Of a DNA stretch of 64,000 nucleotides, positions 26,988 through 41,014 are shown piece after piece. The position numbers were made by a program, and so were the translations under genes. The stretch lies in NCBI GenBank assembly GCA_030704615.1, contig CM060731.1, positions 16,430,001 through 16,494,000 on the forward strand, in the 5' to 3' direction. Every line of letters begins with the position of its first letter. Within the stretch, counting starts at the first letter, position 1. Under the pieces are notes generated by a model. The model was not told the origin of the DNA, did not search any database, and saw nothing but the letters and a program-made list of their open reading frames with translations. This DNA comes from Takakia lepidozioides. Its lineage: Eukaryota > Plantae > Bryophyta.

Positions 26988-27546
26988 CTGGTGGAAATGA
27001 AAGAATATACCAGTTGCATCATTACAGTTTACAGTTTCCTTTTGTTTATCATTCACTTGAATGGATGGATTGAGCGGATGAACACTCAAATTATAAATGG
27101 ACCCGAGGGACTCATCTTGTCATAAATTTCTCACAAGCTTTGGTGCAATGGCCTCTTCCGCATTTCACAAGGAAGCGATGGAGGCTAAGATGCGCTTGAG
27201 CGCTCGTTTGGGGAGTCGACTTTCCTCGGGAGCTCACAAGGCCTTTGGGGAATTCGGAGAACTCAAGCGGATGAAGAAGAAGAAGGTAGGAGGTAAGCTG
27301 AGTTTAAAGGCTCTTTTGATGGGTTCAAAATCCTAGGGACCTCACAAGGCCTCCAAGGAATTTGGGGAAGTCAGGAGAAAATCCAAGAACAAAGCAGGAG
27401 CACCACCAAAGCTCCCGTGTGCTGTTGAGCGACTTGGTGTAGTCTTGGCTACGTTCTACGGGGCAGGTGGGGGAATTGAATTCGCCACCTCTTGCTCCAG
27501 TGACCCCGTAAGGACTTCGCAAAAAAAAAAAAAAAAACACAAAAAA

Positions 27547-30500
27547 TCTCACTATCTAGCATAAAGTGGTCAATGCATAATGATCAAGACAAAGCAAATG
27601 TTATGGAAGCAAACGAAGCTTTTACTACTTAGAGAACCACAGTCTTTGCGATGCCCTGGTATATCTACCCATCGTGGAAAACCCCGTCAAGATACATGCA
27701 CGCCACCATAGGCAATAGTAGGCCATGATCAGGGAAAAAAGCGGGGGAAAACAGAAATTCAAAAGTCATAAGCACACTAGTGCCACGTAGAACTATGTGC
27801 TGCATTTTAACATCTTGTGAACAAACCCTCATCTAACTATTCTACTGTTTCAATATATCTGTAACACTCCCACTCAGTATAATAGTTCATGACTTCTGTA
27901 GACAATCACCAACTGTCACCTCCCACTTCATGTACTATTCGCTGTCTGGAGGAATCAAACGCAGGAGCTGGCGGAATCGCAAAAACTTATCAGATGCAAG
28001 TACTATAAGGAATCGTGGGCATAGTCTGTGCATGCCCAATATCTACAAGAAGCCGTCTAACCCAAACAATTTCCTTAGCAGCAAGACATGACGCTATGTA
28101 CTCCGACTCCGTCGTAGATGCTGCTGTACAAGTCTGTTTACGGCTAATCCATGTGACGGGACCATTGTTGAGGTATAGAACACAGCCACTTCGAGACTTA
28201 CGATCCTGTAAGTCCCCAGCAAAATCCGCATCAGCAAAAGCCTTCAGAGTATTCTGTCCATCACCTCCTGAGTATTCAAGACTATAATGTGCAGTACCGC
28301 GAAGATACCGCAAAATGCGCTTGATGGTTGTGCAATGAATCTGTCTTGGATTCTGAGAGAACTTCGATGCCATACTATCAGCATACGATATGTGGCAGGT
28401 CTGGACCCTATCATGGCAAACATAACACTTCCCAAAGTCTCTTGATAAGGAAAGTCTGGGTCTGGAAAATCTTCGTCTGTACCCAGGGGTGTACAAAGTT
28501 GTACACTAGGATCTGAGGGTGTCAAAACGGGATTGCAATTATCAAAACCAAACTTCTTCAGAATGAGAAAAATGTAGCGAGTTTGGTCAATCCACAAAAT
28601 TCGTAACACTCTGTTTGGGGAGATCCGCAAACCAACGTAGCAATCAGCTGGTCCAACTGTCACCTCGAACACCTTCTTCAAATGATCAATAACACCATGA
28701 AGCTTAGGTGTATCAGTACATCCTCCCAAACCATCATCTACATAAATGGCAAGTATCATCTGTGGAGGAGAAGCATTGTAGTAGATACAAGGATCAGCTG
28801 TGCTGGCTGTCAAATTGTATTGTACAAGGAACTCATGAAATTTGGCATTCCACATGCGTGAAGCCTGGCGCAATCCATATATGCTCTTCAGGAGTCTGCA
28901 GACGTGTGCTTCTTGCCCTAGGACGATAAAACACTTAGGTTGCACCATGCAAATTTCTTCATCCAAGTTACCATGGAGAAAAGTTGTCTTAATATCAAAT
29001 TGAAGTAGTTCCATGTCTTGAGCTGCAGCTATGGCCAAGAATGTCCTGATAGACTCAAATTTCACAACTGGCGCATACGTCTCTTGATAATCAACGCCAT
29101 ATTCTTGTGTGAATCCTTTTGTGACTAATCTGGCCTTAAATCGCTGGATGCCACCATCTGTGTTGGTCTTTACTTTATAGACCCACTTGTTTTTTACTGT
29201 CTTTCTGTGTGGTGGCAAGTCAACTAAAAACCATGTATCATTCTTGAGTAACGAAGCATACTCATCTTCCATGGCTTCTTGCCACTCACTGGAATAGGCT
29301 GATCTTATGGCTTCTTCATAACTCCGTGGCTCATTGTAGATGATTGGAGCAATCATTTCTGCTGCATACGCCCAGTCACCATAATGTTTTGGCATCTGCT
29401 TTGCCCTTGTTGACTGTCGTCGTATCTCTAGATTGACACTCATCACTGTCGATTGTGCGGTGGGATTCTCCCCTGCCACCGGTATTTGCACAACCAGAGG
29501 AACTACTTCAACTGAAGTATCTGGAATAACTGAATGAGTCTCTCCCATTGCTTCAGTCATCTCTGCAGTTGAATGATCTCCCACTGCTTTGATAGATGCA
29601 ACAGGTACCACTCCCACTGGTTCCACCGAATCAATAGTGGGATGATAAAAACTTGAAATACCTGTGGAGTGCTTCGAAACACGTGTAGAAACCATCACGA
29701 CTTACGATGATCTTTTGTTTCTCTGGGCTGCACAGTCTATAGGCTTTAGACTCGGCACAATATCCCATGAAGATACAGATGTCACTCTTGGAATCTAGCT
29801 TTGTACGTAGCTGTTTCGGTATATGCACATATGCCACCGAGCCAAACACTCTCATATGGCTCACATCTGTTAGCCTACCACACCAAGCTTGTAGGGGTGT
29901 CTGCTGATCTAAGGTGCTAGTGCCGACCCTGTTTAGAATGTAAACAGCAGTAGTAACAGCCTCTCCCCAAAACCGTAAGTCTATGCCTTTGGCATGTAGC
30001 ATACATCTTACACTTTCAACGATAGTACGATTATCACGTTCTGATACTCCATTTTGCTCTGGAGTGTAGGGAGCAGTAAGTTCATGACGAATGCCCGCTT
30101 GAACAAGATAATTCTCAAACTCTTGACTAGTAAATTCCCCCCCCTCTATCTGTCCTCAGCTTGGAAATATTGTTTCCCGTCTCTTGTTTAGACTCAGACT
30201 GGAGTTTCTTGAAGGCAGAAAATGTATCACTCTTTCTCTTGAGGCAATATATGACTCTATAGCCACTATGATCGTCCTTAAACGACACATAATATCGTGC
30301 TCCTCCAATGGACGCACACTCATAGGTCCACAAAGGTCAGCATGATAAAATATTCCAGGTTTGTCTACTCTTTGCCTCTCTTTATGGATTGGAAATGGTT
30401 TCCTGTAATTTTCGCCATGTGCACAACCATCGCAAAAAAATGAAGCAGTTTCCTTGTCAACAACTCGCAAACCTATGACACTGCCATCTCTAGCCATTTT

Positions 30501-31756
30501 CTTGATGGTCTCATTGTTAATATGACCAAGACGACTATGCCACATCTGAAGATTCAAACTAGCCGTGCTTGTCTGTTGAGTAGGTACATCTTCTTTCATC
30601 GTAATTGTTGACTCACCTCCACTTTGGAGATCTGCAGCTATGACTGAATTTGCTTCACCTTCTGTTGTAACGACCGTGATCTGCATATGCCATAGTTGCC
30701 CTTCTTTAACTCCTGACATCATGAGTCTACTCCGTGATTGATCTGAGTAGAGATTGCAGCTGTCTTTGTCAATGATCGCTACAATGTTCTTCCATGTCAT
30801 TTGTCCAATGGACAAGAGCTTCTTGCGAAGTTCTCGTACATATAAAACTTTCTTGATAACTCCTGGCTGCCACTTGCCATTTACATTTGACAGAATGTGA
30901 ATGTCTCCAATCCCCGCTACCCAGACAATGTTGTCATTGACAACTTTCACTCCCCATTTCCCAGGCTAGAATGTCTCAAGATTCTGAAACCAATATTTCT
31001 TGTCTGTCATGTGTTGTGTGGCTGCATTATCAACATACCACGCTTCCTCATCACTTGCTTAGACATAGCTAGTTCCGCTAAAAAACAATCCTGACTTTTC
31101 CATTGTTCTTCACAGCATAATACTGTAGTCGCTACAAATGCATCACTCTCTACAATGTTTGCACGACTCTGCTATGCTCTGCTGTCATTCTTCTTTTTGT
31201 CTTTGTTAGTACACTCCCTTGACCAATGTCCATACTCACCACATGTATGACATTTGGTTATCTTCTTCAAGTTGTCAAGCCTGTCATTTCTCTCCCTCCA
31301 CTGGTCTGGAGTAAGAAAGTCTCTCCTCTGTGAACTACTACCAGGTCCTGTACTTGACTTTCCTACATAGAAAGCCTTGTCTGTCTCGGCTTCAGTGCTG
31401 GCCTTTGTCTTCAATGACGACTCTCTCTTAAGTAACCTAGTTTGAAAAGCCTGAAAGTTTTGTTCAGCAACAGGTACACTATCCCATGTTAGTAGCCATT
31501 TTTTTTTTTGGCTTCTATAACATCAATCACTATGCATAATTCTACAGCGCTCGTGGGCCATAACCTAATGGACTCTCAGTATCTAGCATAAAGTAGTCAA
31601 TGCATAATGATCAAGACAAAGCAAATGTTATGGAAGCAAACAAAGCTTTTACTACTTAGAGAACCATAGTCTTTGCGATGCACTGGTATATCTACCCATC
31701 GTGGAAAACCCCGTCAAGATACATGCACGCCACCATAGGCAATAATAGGCCATAAT
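27547..31756 (-). mobile_element. Ty1/Copia LTR retrotransposon, degenerate (gag largely deleted; 5' LTR interrupted by a Gypsy)
   Basis: Zinc knuckle CHTCGEYGHWSREC (31172..31414), protease WYVDNAATQHM, gag-pre-integrase WHSRLGH, integrase LRTDRGG, RT KNKWVYKVK...FKARLV...IYVDDG (28244..29698), RNase H FADADFAGD...STTESEY. LTRs at ~27547-27866 and ~31569-31756, PPT 27867-27878, half-tRNA-iMet-type PBS GGTTATGGCCCA at ~31553-31565. Confidence 0.93.
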
Positions 31757-34700
31757 TGTCAAGGGTGAGAACATGATTGAACACAAACAAGAGATCAGAC
31801 TAGAGGTACAAGATTAGACAAGAAGTCAAGGTCGGCGTGGCCGAATGCATGGTGCGTAAACATGAATCAAGATGATCTTTATAACAATGGACAAGAGTAC
31901 AAGATACTCGAATACATGAATGCTAGAAACTGGACTGGGGTACCAGATACTGGAAACAGGACTAGAGTACTGGAAGCTGGACTGGAGTACTGGGACTGGG
32001 AACAAGAGTAGCTTAAACTTGTGTTGGCGAGACTGAAGAGTGTTCAATCTCGCCTCCTATATATATTGGCTACTAAGAAGTTATCTAAGAAGTTTCCCCT
32101 ATAGAGGTTTCTTGATGGAGAAGTTTCCAAGATTAAACAAAGGTTTCTTGATGGAGAAACTTCCTTAAGCAAAAGAGGTATCTTGATGGAGAAGTTTCCT
32201 CCAAATGAAGCTTTATCAGCAGTTCCCAACTTACTCTTGATAATTTGGTAAACTCCCGGTAACTTGACAACTAATGGTGAAATATGGTAAATCATGATAA
32301 ATAACGATAAATCATGGTAACTTGGTAACTTCTGGTATTTACTCCTGGTAAGTTTCTCTGGGCTATGTCCGTGACATCACCCCCTCCTCTAGCGCCGAGG
32401 TCCTCGAGGAGCAGTAAAATCTTGGACTTGCTTAGAGTTGGAGAAATTCCAAAATCCGGCGAATGGTACTTGCCAAGTTTTGGGCTCTTCGTTCTTGACT
32501 CAAATGATTTATAGGTCCCTGCAATCATCGATAGTGTCCAACACCTTGAACTTGGGACCACACAGTGATTTGAGCATTCTGATTTTCGAAACTGCCTTCA
32601 AACATGATTTCGTTGCTCTCTGGGTCCGAAGCCTCAACCTCCAATAGAATTATCAGATTTCAAGTAGGCTTCACTTGCCGTAGTACGGAGTCTAGACGAG
32701 GAAGTACGCGTCGCATTGGTGGCCCATTGTCTCGAGAGCGTCGGCGTGATGTTGAAGGTCGTGAGAGTCGAAACGGCTGATCTGGTAGTTGGATAAGCGA
32801 CAACTCCAATGTATCTGGTTCATGTGACTCCATGCTGCCAATACAAGATACAAGAGTGGTAGAAGTGTAGCTATATATACTGATGTGTGGTGCTCTTCTC
32901 TGTATCAGGTACATTGAATGTGGAGTCTTCACCTTGAAGCTAACTTGGCTGACATCATCGTTGTGACGTCTTATTGACGTGTAGCTCGGGGCTTAGCTGG
33001 ATATTGTTGATGAAACTCTTGGACTTTGTCAGATGCATTGGCGAGGTTGGACGAAGGTTCTCACGTTCGTTCACTGATGTAGTAGCCTTTCCAATGTACG
33101 AAATACTCAAGACGTTTATACTTGATGCGAGAGTCTAGGACTTCGTCGACTTCATACTCAATTTCCCGATTGACTTCGATTGGTGGAGGTGGTACGGAGA
33201 CTTTCCTTGGAATATTCGATGGATTATATAACTCCAATAATGAAATATGAAAGACTGGATGGATGTGCATACTTCGTAGGAGTTCAAGCCGAAAACTGAC
33301 CGGATTTATTTGTCGAATAATTTTAAATGGTCCCAAGCGTTGATAATCCAACTTCCTTGATGGACGCGAGGTTTGTATATCACGTCGAAGAAGCCACACA
33401 CGATCTCCGACCTTGAACTGGGGTTAGAGTTGACGACGTTGATCTGCATACTCCTTGTATTGTTTTTGAGCTTCTTCGAGGTGAAATGTAAGTTCCTTAT
33501 GAATTGTAGCAAGATGAGTAGCAAGGTTTTCTGCAGCAGTGCTTCATGTGGAAAGGGTTTGCTCGAGGATGATGGCCATAATTGGAGAAAAATGGAGTTT
33601 ACTTGGTCGACGAATGTGTAGTGTTGTTGTAGGCAAACTCAGCCAATGACAGAATTATCTTGGTGATAATTTATTGTACAACGAAGATATTGCTCCAAAA
33701 TATGGTTTACGCATTCGATTTGACCATCAGTCTGTGGATGATTAGCTGTAGAGAGATTGATCTTAGTGTCCAATATGTGAAATAATCCCCTCCAGAAATT
33801 TGATATGAACTGTGGTCATCGATCAGATACGATGTCCGTCGGGAGTCCATGAATGCGGTAGATATTATTGAGGAAGAGTCTTGCAGTTTCATCGCCAGTA
33901 ACCGTTTTATTACATGGAATGAAATGTGTTATCTTTGTAAAACGATCTACAATAACAATGATTGAATCGGTGGTCTTGGAATTTGGAAGGTCCGTAATAA
34001 AGTCCACAGACACGGACGACCATGGACCATTGGGTGAATGTAGGGTTGATTGGACCAAAATGGACGTTACCGGCACAGTTTTAGATGACTGCAATTGATG
34101 GTGTCATCAATTGAATTTTAATTAACTCATTAAAACCAGAATATATATATGTCATTGGATTCCTAGTTATAATATGCACCCATAGCAACTCTCCAATCAT
34201 GAATCCGATAAGAAATGACTATGTTATGGACTTTTGAACACCGTCATTGTGGATTGTTACCACAGTGAATGGAATTACAATGGACTCAAGTTCTCCTATG
34301 TGTCATTGGTGAATTCCATTGAAATTTGGACTTAAGGTGGCCATTTTGGTCCACATCATAGGTATGGATTTGAAGTGGCAAAATCATTTGTCATTTGACT
34401 CATATTGACTAATATATGTCAAAAAATAGGTGTTTTTTTAAAAGTCCATAGCTCATCTTGTTTTTTGGATTTTGGGTGTCATTTTTTTTCTAGAAGTATA
34501 AAAACCTATAATCTTCAATGGCTAGGTGGCATATTGAATTTGTTTTGTAAACTCTAATTTTTAGATTTTCATAATTTCTCTAAATAATAGACTAAAATAT
34601 TTAATGAATTATATCTTTAATATTTGGGGTAGGACTCTTTACTAAATATGTTCAGTATACCATTATCTATCACTTAAAAAATATTTTGGATAGTATAATC

Positions 34701-37630
34701 AACTTTCTATTTTTTGGTCATGGACTTTCATGGAGCAGGATCTGTCGTTTTTGGTCCACTCAACCCTGCAACTGCCCCAGTGGGAATGGGTAATGGTTGA
34801 AGAAGGCCGTAAGGTCGATGTCGTGGTCCCTTCGCTCTAGCACACGTGTCGCAAGATTTCATAAATTCTTTCACGAGTTTCCACATCTGCGGCCACCAAT
34901 AGTCCCTGGATATCAATTCCATTGTTTTGTAGAAGCCGAAATGTCCTGCAGCCGGAAAATCATGACATGTTTGAAGAATTTGCAATCGTGTAGGTCCTGG
35001 AGGTACACAGAGAAGTCCCTTGAAATAAAATAAGTCATCTTTGAATTTGAAGTCGTTTGTAACATGTGGGTTGTCTCGAGGTCGATTTAATTGACTTCGT
35101 AGTGTCGTAGCAAATTGGTCACTCTTCAGTGCTTCCTAAATCTTCTTTATAATCTCTGCATCATCATAGCTGGATATGGATAGCATATTCAATTGGAGAT
35201 TTGTTGGTTTCAAGATGATGGATTTCTGTTGGTCAAAAGCTGTATCCCCTTCTTTTGGCGCAAGATACGATCGTCGAGAAAGAGCATCTAGTTTTCTTTG
35301 AAGATGTCCGGGACGATAGGTAATAACGAAATCAAACCTTGCTAGTAACATACTCCATCTCGCTTGACGTCGATTCAAAACACGAACACTCATAAAATAC
35401 TCGAGGTTTTTGTGATCAGTATAGACAGTTACCTGATGTTTAGCTCCCTCCAATAAATGACGTCACTCCTCAAAAACATTGATAATCGCTAGAAGTTCTT
35501 TGTCATGGATTTCATAATTGATCTCCGCAGCGGAAAATTTGCGAGAACGGAAACCAACAGGGTGGAGTCGGCCATCTGTACCGTATTGATAGAGTACCGC
35601 GCCAAGTGCAAAGTCCGATGCATCTGCTTCCAAAAAGAATGGTTTAGATGGGTCTGCATGTACTAATATTGGAGCCGTTGTAAATGTCTGCTTCAGCCTT
35701 TCAAATGCTTGGTCAGCCTTCTCGTCCCATACAAATTTGTCGTTCTCTGTGACTCGTGTCAATGGTGCAGCAATTTTGGAGTAGTCATTGATGAAGATTC
35801 TATAAAAATTTGTAAATCCCAGAAAACATTGTACATCTCAGACTGAAGTTGGTTTAATTCACTCGATGACAGTTTGTATTTTCTTCTGATCCATAAAGAC
35901 GCATTTGTCGGAAATAATGTAGCCCAGAAATTCGACCTCAGATTGATGGAAAAGACATTTTTCCAACTTGGCATATAGTCTTCTTTCTCTAAAAAAGTCA
36001 TCTAAAAATTCTCGAAAGATGTCATTCATCATATGTTGGAAAATTGTTGGAGCATTTGTAAGACCGAAAGGCATAACACTGTATTCAAAATGTCCATACT
36101 TTGTTCGAAAAGTTGTTTTCCATTCGTCTTCTTCTTTTATCCGTACAAGGTTATAAGCTCATCTCAAGTCAATTTTGGTGAAAATCTTCGTTCGTCCTAG
36201 TTGGTCAAGAAGCCCAGAAATCAGCGGCAACGGATAACGATTCTTAATTATGACTTTGTTGAGACCGCGATAGTCCACACACATGCGTAATGATCCGTCC
36301 TTCTTTTTCACAAACAAGATAGGCGCCCCCGTAGGTGATTTTGAATGTCGGATGAAGTTTTTCGACAAATTTTCATCAATGTACTCACGTAATGCAGCCA
36401 ACTCCGTTTGGGATAAGTTATAGATTGGGCCGAATGGTGGTTGGGCTCCTTCTTGTAATTCAATTGCACAGTCATAAGGTCGATGTTCTGGCAATATGTT
36501 TGCATTTTTCTTCTCGAATGCATCATTGAAATCTTGATATTGAGTGGGTAATGTCGAAGTACCTTTGTCTGTTGTGGTCTTGATCGGAGTCGCATAAAGT
36601 GCAAATGTCGCATCCTTTTTGGTAGCTCTCATGAAAGCTCTAGCTCCAAGGAATAGGGGTTGAATACCTTTGATATTTCTACATTTTTGTCTTGCAAAAA
36701 TCACCAGTCGATGTCAGGATTGTGAAGTCGAACCAGGGATGTCCAAGGATCACAGGATTCGTTGGAGACCGGATGATGTTGAAAACAATATATGATGCTT
36801 GATCTTCAAGCTTCACTTCAAGTGGTCGAATTTCATGGTCAAACATTTCCTGATGCTAACGGTCGTCCATCGATGACTTCAATGGGGCCGAGAGTTTCTT
36901 CTTTACGAGCGTTAAATTGTGTTGTTTCGCAAATTTTTTGTCAATAAAACATGTTGAAGCCCCTGAGTTCAAAAGTGCTTCTACAGAGACATCTCGATTT
37001 TGCACTCTGATTTTTACCGGAACTGTGAAGCAAGGTGCAGGGTCTCGAGGTAGAAAGAGACCTTTTTTTGGTGAGGAATTTGTGGTGTCCAGCCGCATGG
37101 TCCCTACTGTGACTGGACATCTTCGTTTTCCGACCTCCTCGTACACTTGAGTTGCGCCCCGAACTTTGAATCTTCTCTTATTGGGGCAATTTATTGCTAT
37201 GTGATATTCTTCTCCGCAATAGAGGCATAATCCATTCGAGCGCCGTCTTTGTTTCTTGTGGCGTCAATGGCTTGAATCGGACAGCATCAATCTGCATAGG
37301 ATCTTTATCGGATGTCTAATGGATCGTTGTGTTTGGTGCCATAGTAGCAGTGGCATGATGCGTCGTCGACCATCCAGATCGCTTCTCTTGACGTCTTTCG
37401 AACAAACGATTATCACATGTAATGACTTGGGTGATGAATTCGCTTAGTGTGCTCACGTTTGGCATTGTCAGCAACAAATACTTTACATCCTCATTTAGCC
37501 CACATCGAAAGTGACTAATGAGGCTCTTCTCATTCCAGTCGAGATCACACGCAAGTTGTTGAAATTCGACAGCATAAACGGAAGCAGGACGTGCTCCTTG
37601 TCAAAGATTTCGCATCTTTCGCATCGAGTC
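31757..37630 (-). mobile_element. Chromovirus Ty3/Gypsy retrotransposon, 5'-truncated, inserted into the Copia 5' LTR
   Basis: LTR 31757-32376 (TG...CA) with adjacent PPT; chromodomain EYEVDEVLDSR...YFVHWKGY (~33070-33170); GPF motif; integrase; RNase H (EADASDFALGAVL, YTDHKNL); RT ([11 protein letters not shown]); protease with D>N change (LLNSGAS); gag CLYCGEEYHIAINC. Confidence 0.93.
34032..34777. mobile_element. Non-autonomous TIR DNA transposon (MITE, possibly PIF/Harbinger-like) inserted in the chromovirus integrase
   Basis: AT-rich 746 bp that splits the LQPLPIP|GPW motif; imperfect TIRs gggtgaatgtagggttgattggaccaaaa and gggcagttgcagggttgagtggaccaaaa (reverse complement); TSD not resolved. 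Confidence 0.75.
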
Positions 37631-40420
37631 TTTTGAGAAAGATCAGGCCTCATTATCAGCCAGGCATCCCAGATGGATTGCCATGCCTTAGATCCAAATT
37701 TGGCAGATTTAGAAGGAAGCCCTTGGACCACCCATTTGAGTGAAGAAGGCCAGGGATGAGCTGTCGATGGAATGGAATCCATCACATGGTTCCTAACAAT
37801 TAGGCTCCAAGGAGCAGAGAGGTCCAAGAAGATTCTAGGCACCCATTTCGCCAAGAGAGCTATCACCTGAGCCTGGGGGTCAATAGTCCCCAGTCCACCA
37901 AACTTCATTCATCCGACGATTGTTTGCAGGAGATGAAGCACCCCAAAGGAAGTTACGTACCAGAGCCTTCATTTGCTTGATCATGACAGAGCCAGGAGAG
38001 TATGCCGAGGAACTGAAGCAAGAAGACTGGAGAAGGACTTGATTAACCACCAACGCTCTCTCTGTAATTGACAGGTGTGCGGAGCACCAAAAAGCCTGCC
38101 TGTCGTCGAGCCATACGAGGCCCAAGTCGCTACCCCAGGGTGCACAGTGCACAGCAGCTCCAGGATTTTGGAGTCGGGATAGAATACCCACAGATTTGCC
38201 CCAATCAATAGATAACCCCGAAGCCTCGCAGAAGGAATACATGACGTTCAATGCACTAGTGACGTTCATCAGGGAGGTGTTGTCAATCAAAAGAGTCGTA
38301 CCATCAGCGTACAGAGAGGCCTAGATCGAGTACAATGCACAGAGGGCATGAACCTGGGGACTGCCAATCCCCTCACACCGTCTATAGCTTCCAAAAATCC
38401 CAGTCCATCTGCAGCGATAATGAAAAGAAAGGGGGCTAGAGGGCATCCCTGCCTAACAGAACGGTAAAGGGGGAAGGAGGAAGACAACGCTCCATTCACC
38501 GCCACTCTACTAGAGGCAAACTGCAAGAGAATTTTCACCCAATTCAAGAAAGAGCCATTAATGCCTACTTTTTCAAAAGCCCCGAAGAGAAAATGCCAAT
38601 CTACATTATCAAAGGCTTTTTCAAAGTCTAACATAAGCATAGCCAACGGCTGGTTATTGATGTGGGCTTGATGCAAAGCCTCGTTGGCTAGTAATATATT
38701 ATCAAGTATCGAGCGGTTTTTAATGAGCCAGACTGCTCTGGGCGAATAATCTTCGGGAGCAAGGGTTGTAGCCTCATGGCTAATGCCTTGGCAATTATTT
38801 TGTAAACCGAGGAGAGAAGGGTTATTGGTCTGTAATTAGATATTAATCCCCTATCCCCTTTCTTATAGATAAGAGTTATCAACCCTTGCGATATTTGAGA
38901 GGGAAGGATCCCTTTGAGGATGACATCATTAGCCATGGCCAAGAAATCCCCACCTCTTCCTACCAGAGGATTTTGAAGAACTCAATCGGAATTCCGTCCA
39001 AACCTGGGGCTTTAAGAGGACTTAAACTTTCAATGGCCTGGAGGAACTCCATGGCTGAGAAGGGCTCAAAAAGCTTTGCCTGCTCTGCAGAGGAAATGAT
39101 AGAAGGGATAGCAGCCAGCACTTTAGCACGACTGGCAAAAAAGGATGGCTCCTTTGATTGAATAGGTTAGAGAAATAAACAGAGGCCACCTTAGTCATTT
39201 CTCTTGGAGTGGAAACCATTGAGCCTGAGGAGCCCCTTAAGGAGGCAATTGAAGTTGAAGTCTGCCTTTGCTTGGCTTTTTGGAAAAAGTATGCTGTCAT
39301 TTTTTCCCCTTTAAGGGACCAATTGACACCTACTTTCCGTCTGAGGAACTCCTCTCTACCATGCAGAAGCTCTCCCTGATTTTCTTTTGCCGTGTTGTAA
39401 GAGGAGAAGGTTTGGGGCCCAGCTGCCCTACATTCAATCCTACTCTGACATTGCGCCAGACACTTAAGAAGAGCTTTTTCCTTACGAGCTCTTTCAATGG
39501 CAACAACTCTAGATAATTTCTGAGCCATCATCCTGGTTTCGTGGAGCTTAGCTAAGAACCTTCAGGTAGGCGAGGAGTACCTATTTCCTGCCTCATTCCA
39601 AGAGCTAGCTAGCTGCCTTACAATCTCTTTAGACTTAAGCAGCATGGGGTTGAGCTTAAAAAAACTACGACCCTTGACGTAGGTGCCTGGAGCACTAAAA
39701 GTTACCTCAACTTGGGCATGATCAAAGTCTGGTAAAATTGGTCCCAGCGGATGGGGAGATGACCAGGTAATAGCAATTGGCGTGAAGTAAACTATATCTA
39801 ACCTGGTCATACAGAGGTCTGGAGGCTACTTGTTATTAAACCAGGAGAATCTCAAGCTATTACGTTCAGGCAAGGAGGCATCTATGAAGCCGACAGTGAA
39901 ACACAAGCTATCCCAAGCATTTTGCTCATCCATAGACAAGCTGACTGCTGCATCCCCAAAGCGGTCAGCAGCTAATTCAACCATATTAAAATCCCCCGCC
40001 ATGACCCAATGAGCAATCAACGGATGATCCAAGATCTTGATCCTAATGTCGTTCCAAAACACCGCTCTCTCAGAGGCCTGGTTCGGAGCGTAGATGTTAA
40101 TAAATCCACATATACCGAAAATAGAAGAGGCCTTGGTGAATGCACATTGCGCTCTACCTTGAGCCCAGATTTCCACATTGCTAAAGGATGGTGCTAAAGA
40201 AGGAGAGATGAGCACGGCAATACCACCACAAGTGTCCACAATCGTGGGATTCCACCACAGTTAGCAGACAACAAAGACGAAGCCCAACTTTGTATTCTTC
40301 TCCTTTTAGGAGCCGAGGCATCCGATCCTATCCCCTTGACATTCCTAGAGACAATGTGGTGAGGGCACCTTCTTCTTCCTCCTATTTCAGCCTGTTTTGC
40401 CATCTCATCAGACTCGGCCC
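37631..40420 (-). mobile_element. L1/Tx1-type LINE ORF2 (APE endonuclease + RT), frameshifted and truncated at both ends
   Basis: IVSRNVKGIG, INIYAPN, WVMAGDFNMV, RLDIVY...DHAQV (APE); NYRPITLLSSVYKIIAKALA, LDFEKAFDNVDW, VRQGCPLAPFLF, GGLGTID (RT). Confidence 0.9.
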
Positions 40421-41014
40421 TGAATTTGCAGCACTAGAGACAGGAGGGAAAGTGGTGGGATGAGAGCATTCAGGGGTTAGGAATTGCTTTAGTTTCTCTT
40501 CTCCATAGTCTTTCACCCTCTCTGTAGGCCAAAACCTTTCTGTAGGTGGAGGCAAGAGTCAGTCCGGGTTTGGGCTGGGGTTTCCTTGCAGGAGCGACAC
40601 TGTGGAGTGTTTTTGGTGTGGGGGAGTTGCTGTCTTGATTTTCTTGTGTTTGGATCCCCTCCACACCTGCATGCTTGACTGTGCGCCATGTTAGCTTTGT
40701 GTGGGCGCTTGTTTTCATAGGAGGTTGGTCCGGATTTGATCACCGGCCAATCCTAAAGTATGCTGTCGGTGGTGAGGCTGGAGTGATGACCAGCAAGACC
40801 ACCAGTGTTTCTTCTATGGTGAGGTTGGGTTGATGACCAGCAGACCAAAGGAGTGCTTGCAGTGGATGTAGGTGCAGGTACAAGTCTACGTTAGAAACCT
40901 ATTATTTTTGCTTGAACCAGTAGCCGCAACAGGTTCTCTACCCGGTTACCTTGTAGAAAGTGGGGATTAGAGACAGGTTGACAACCGGTTAGGTTGTGAG
41001 TTTTCATCACGGAG

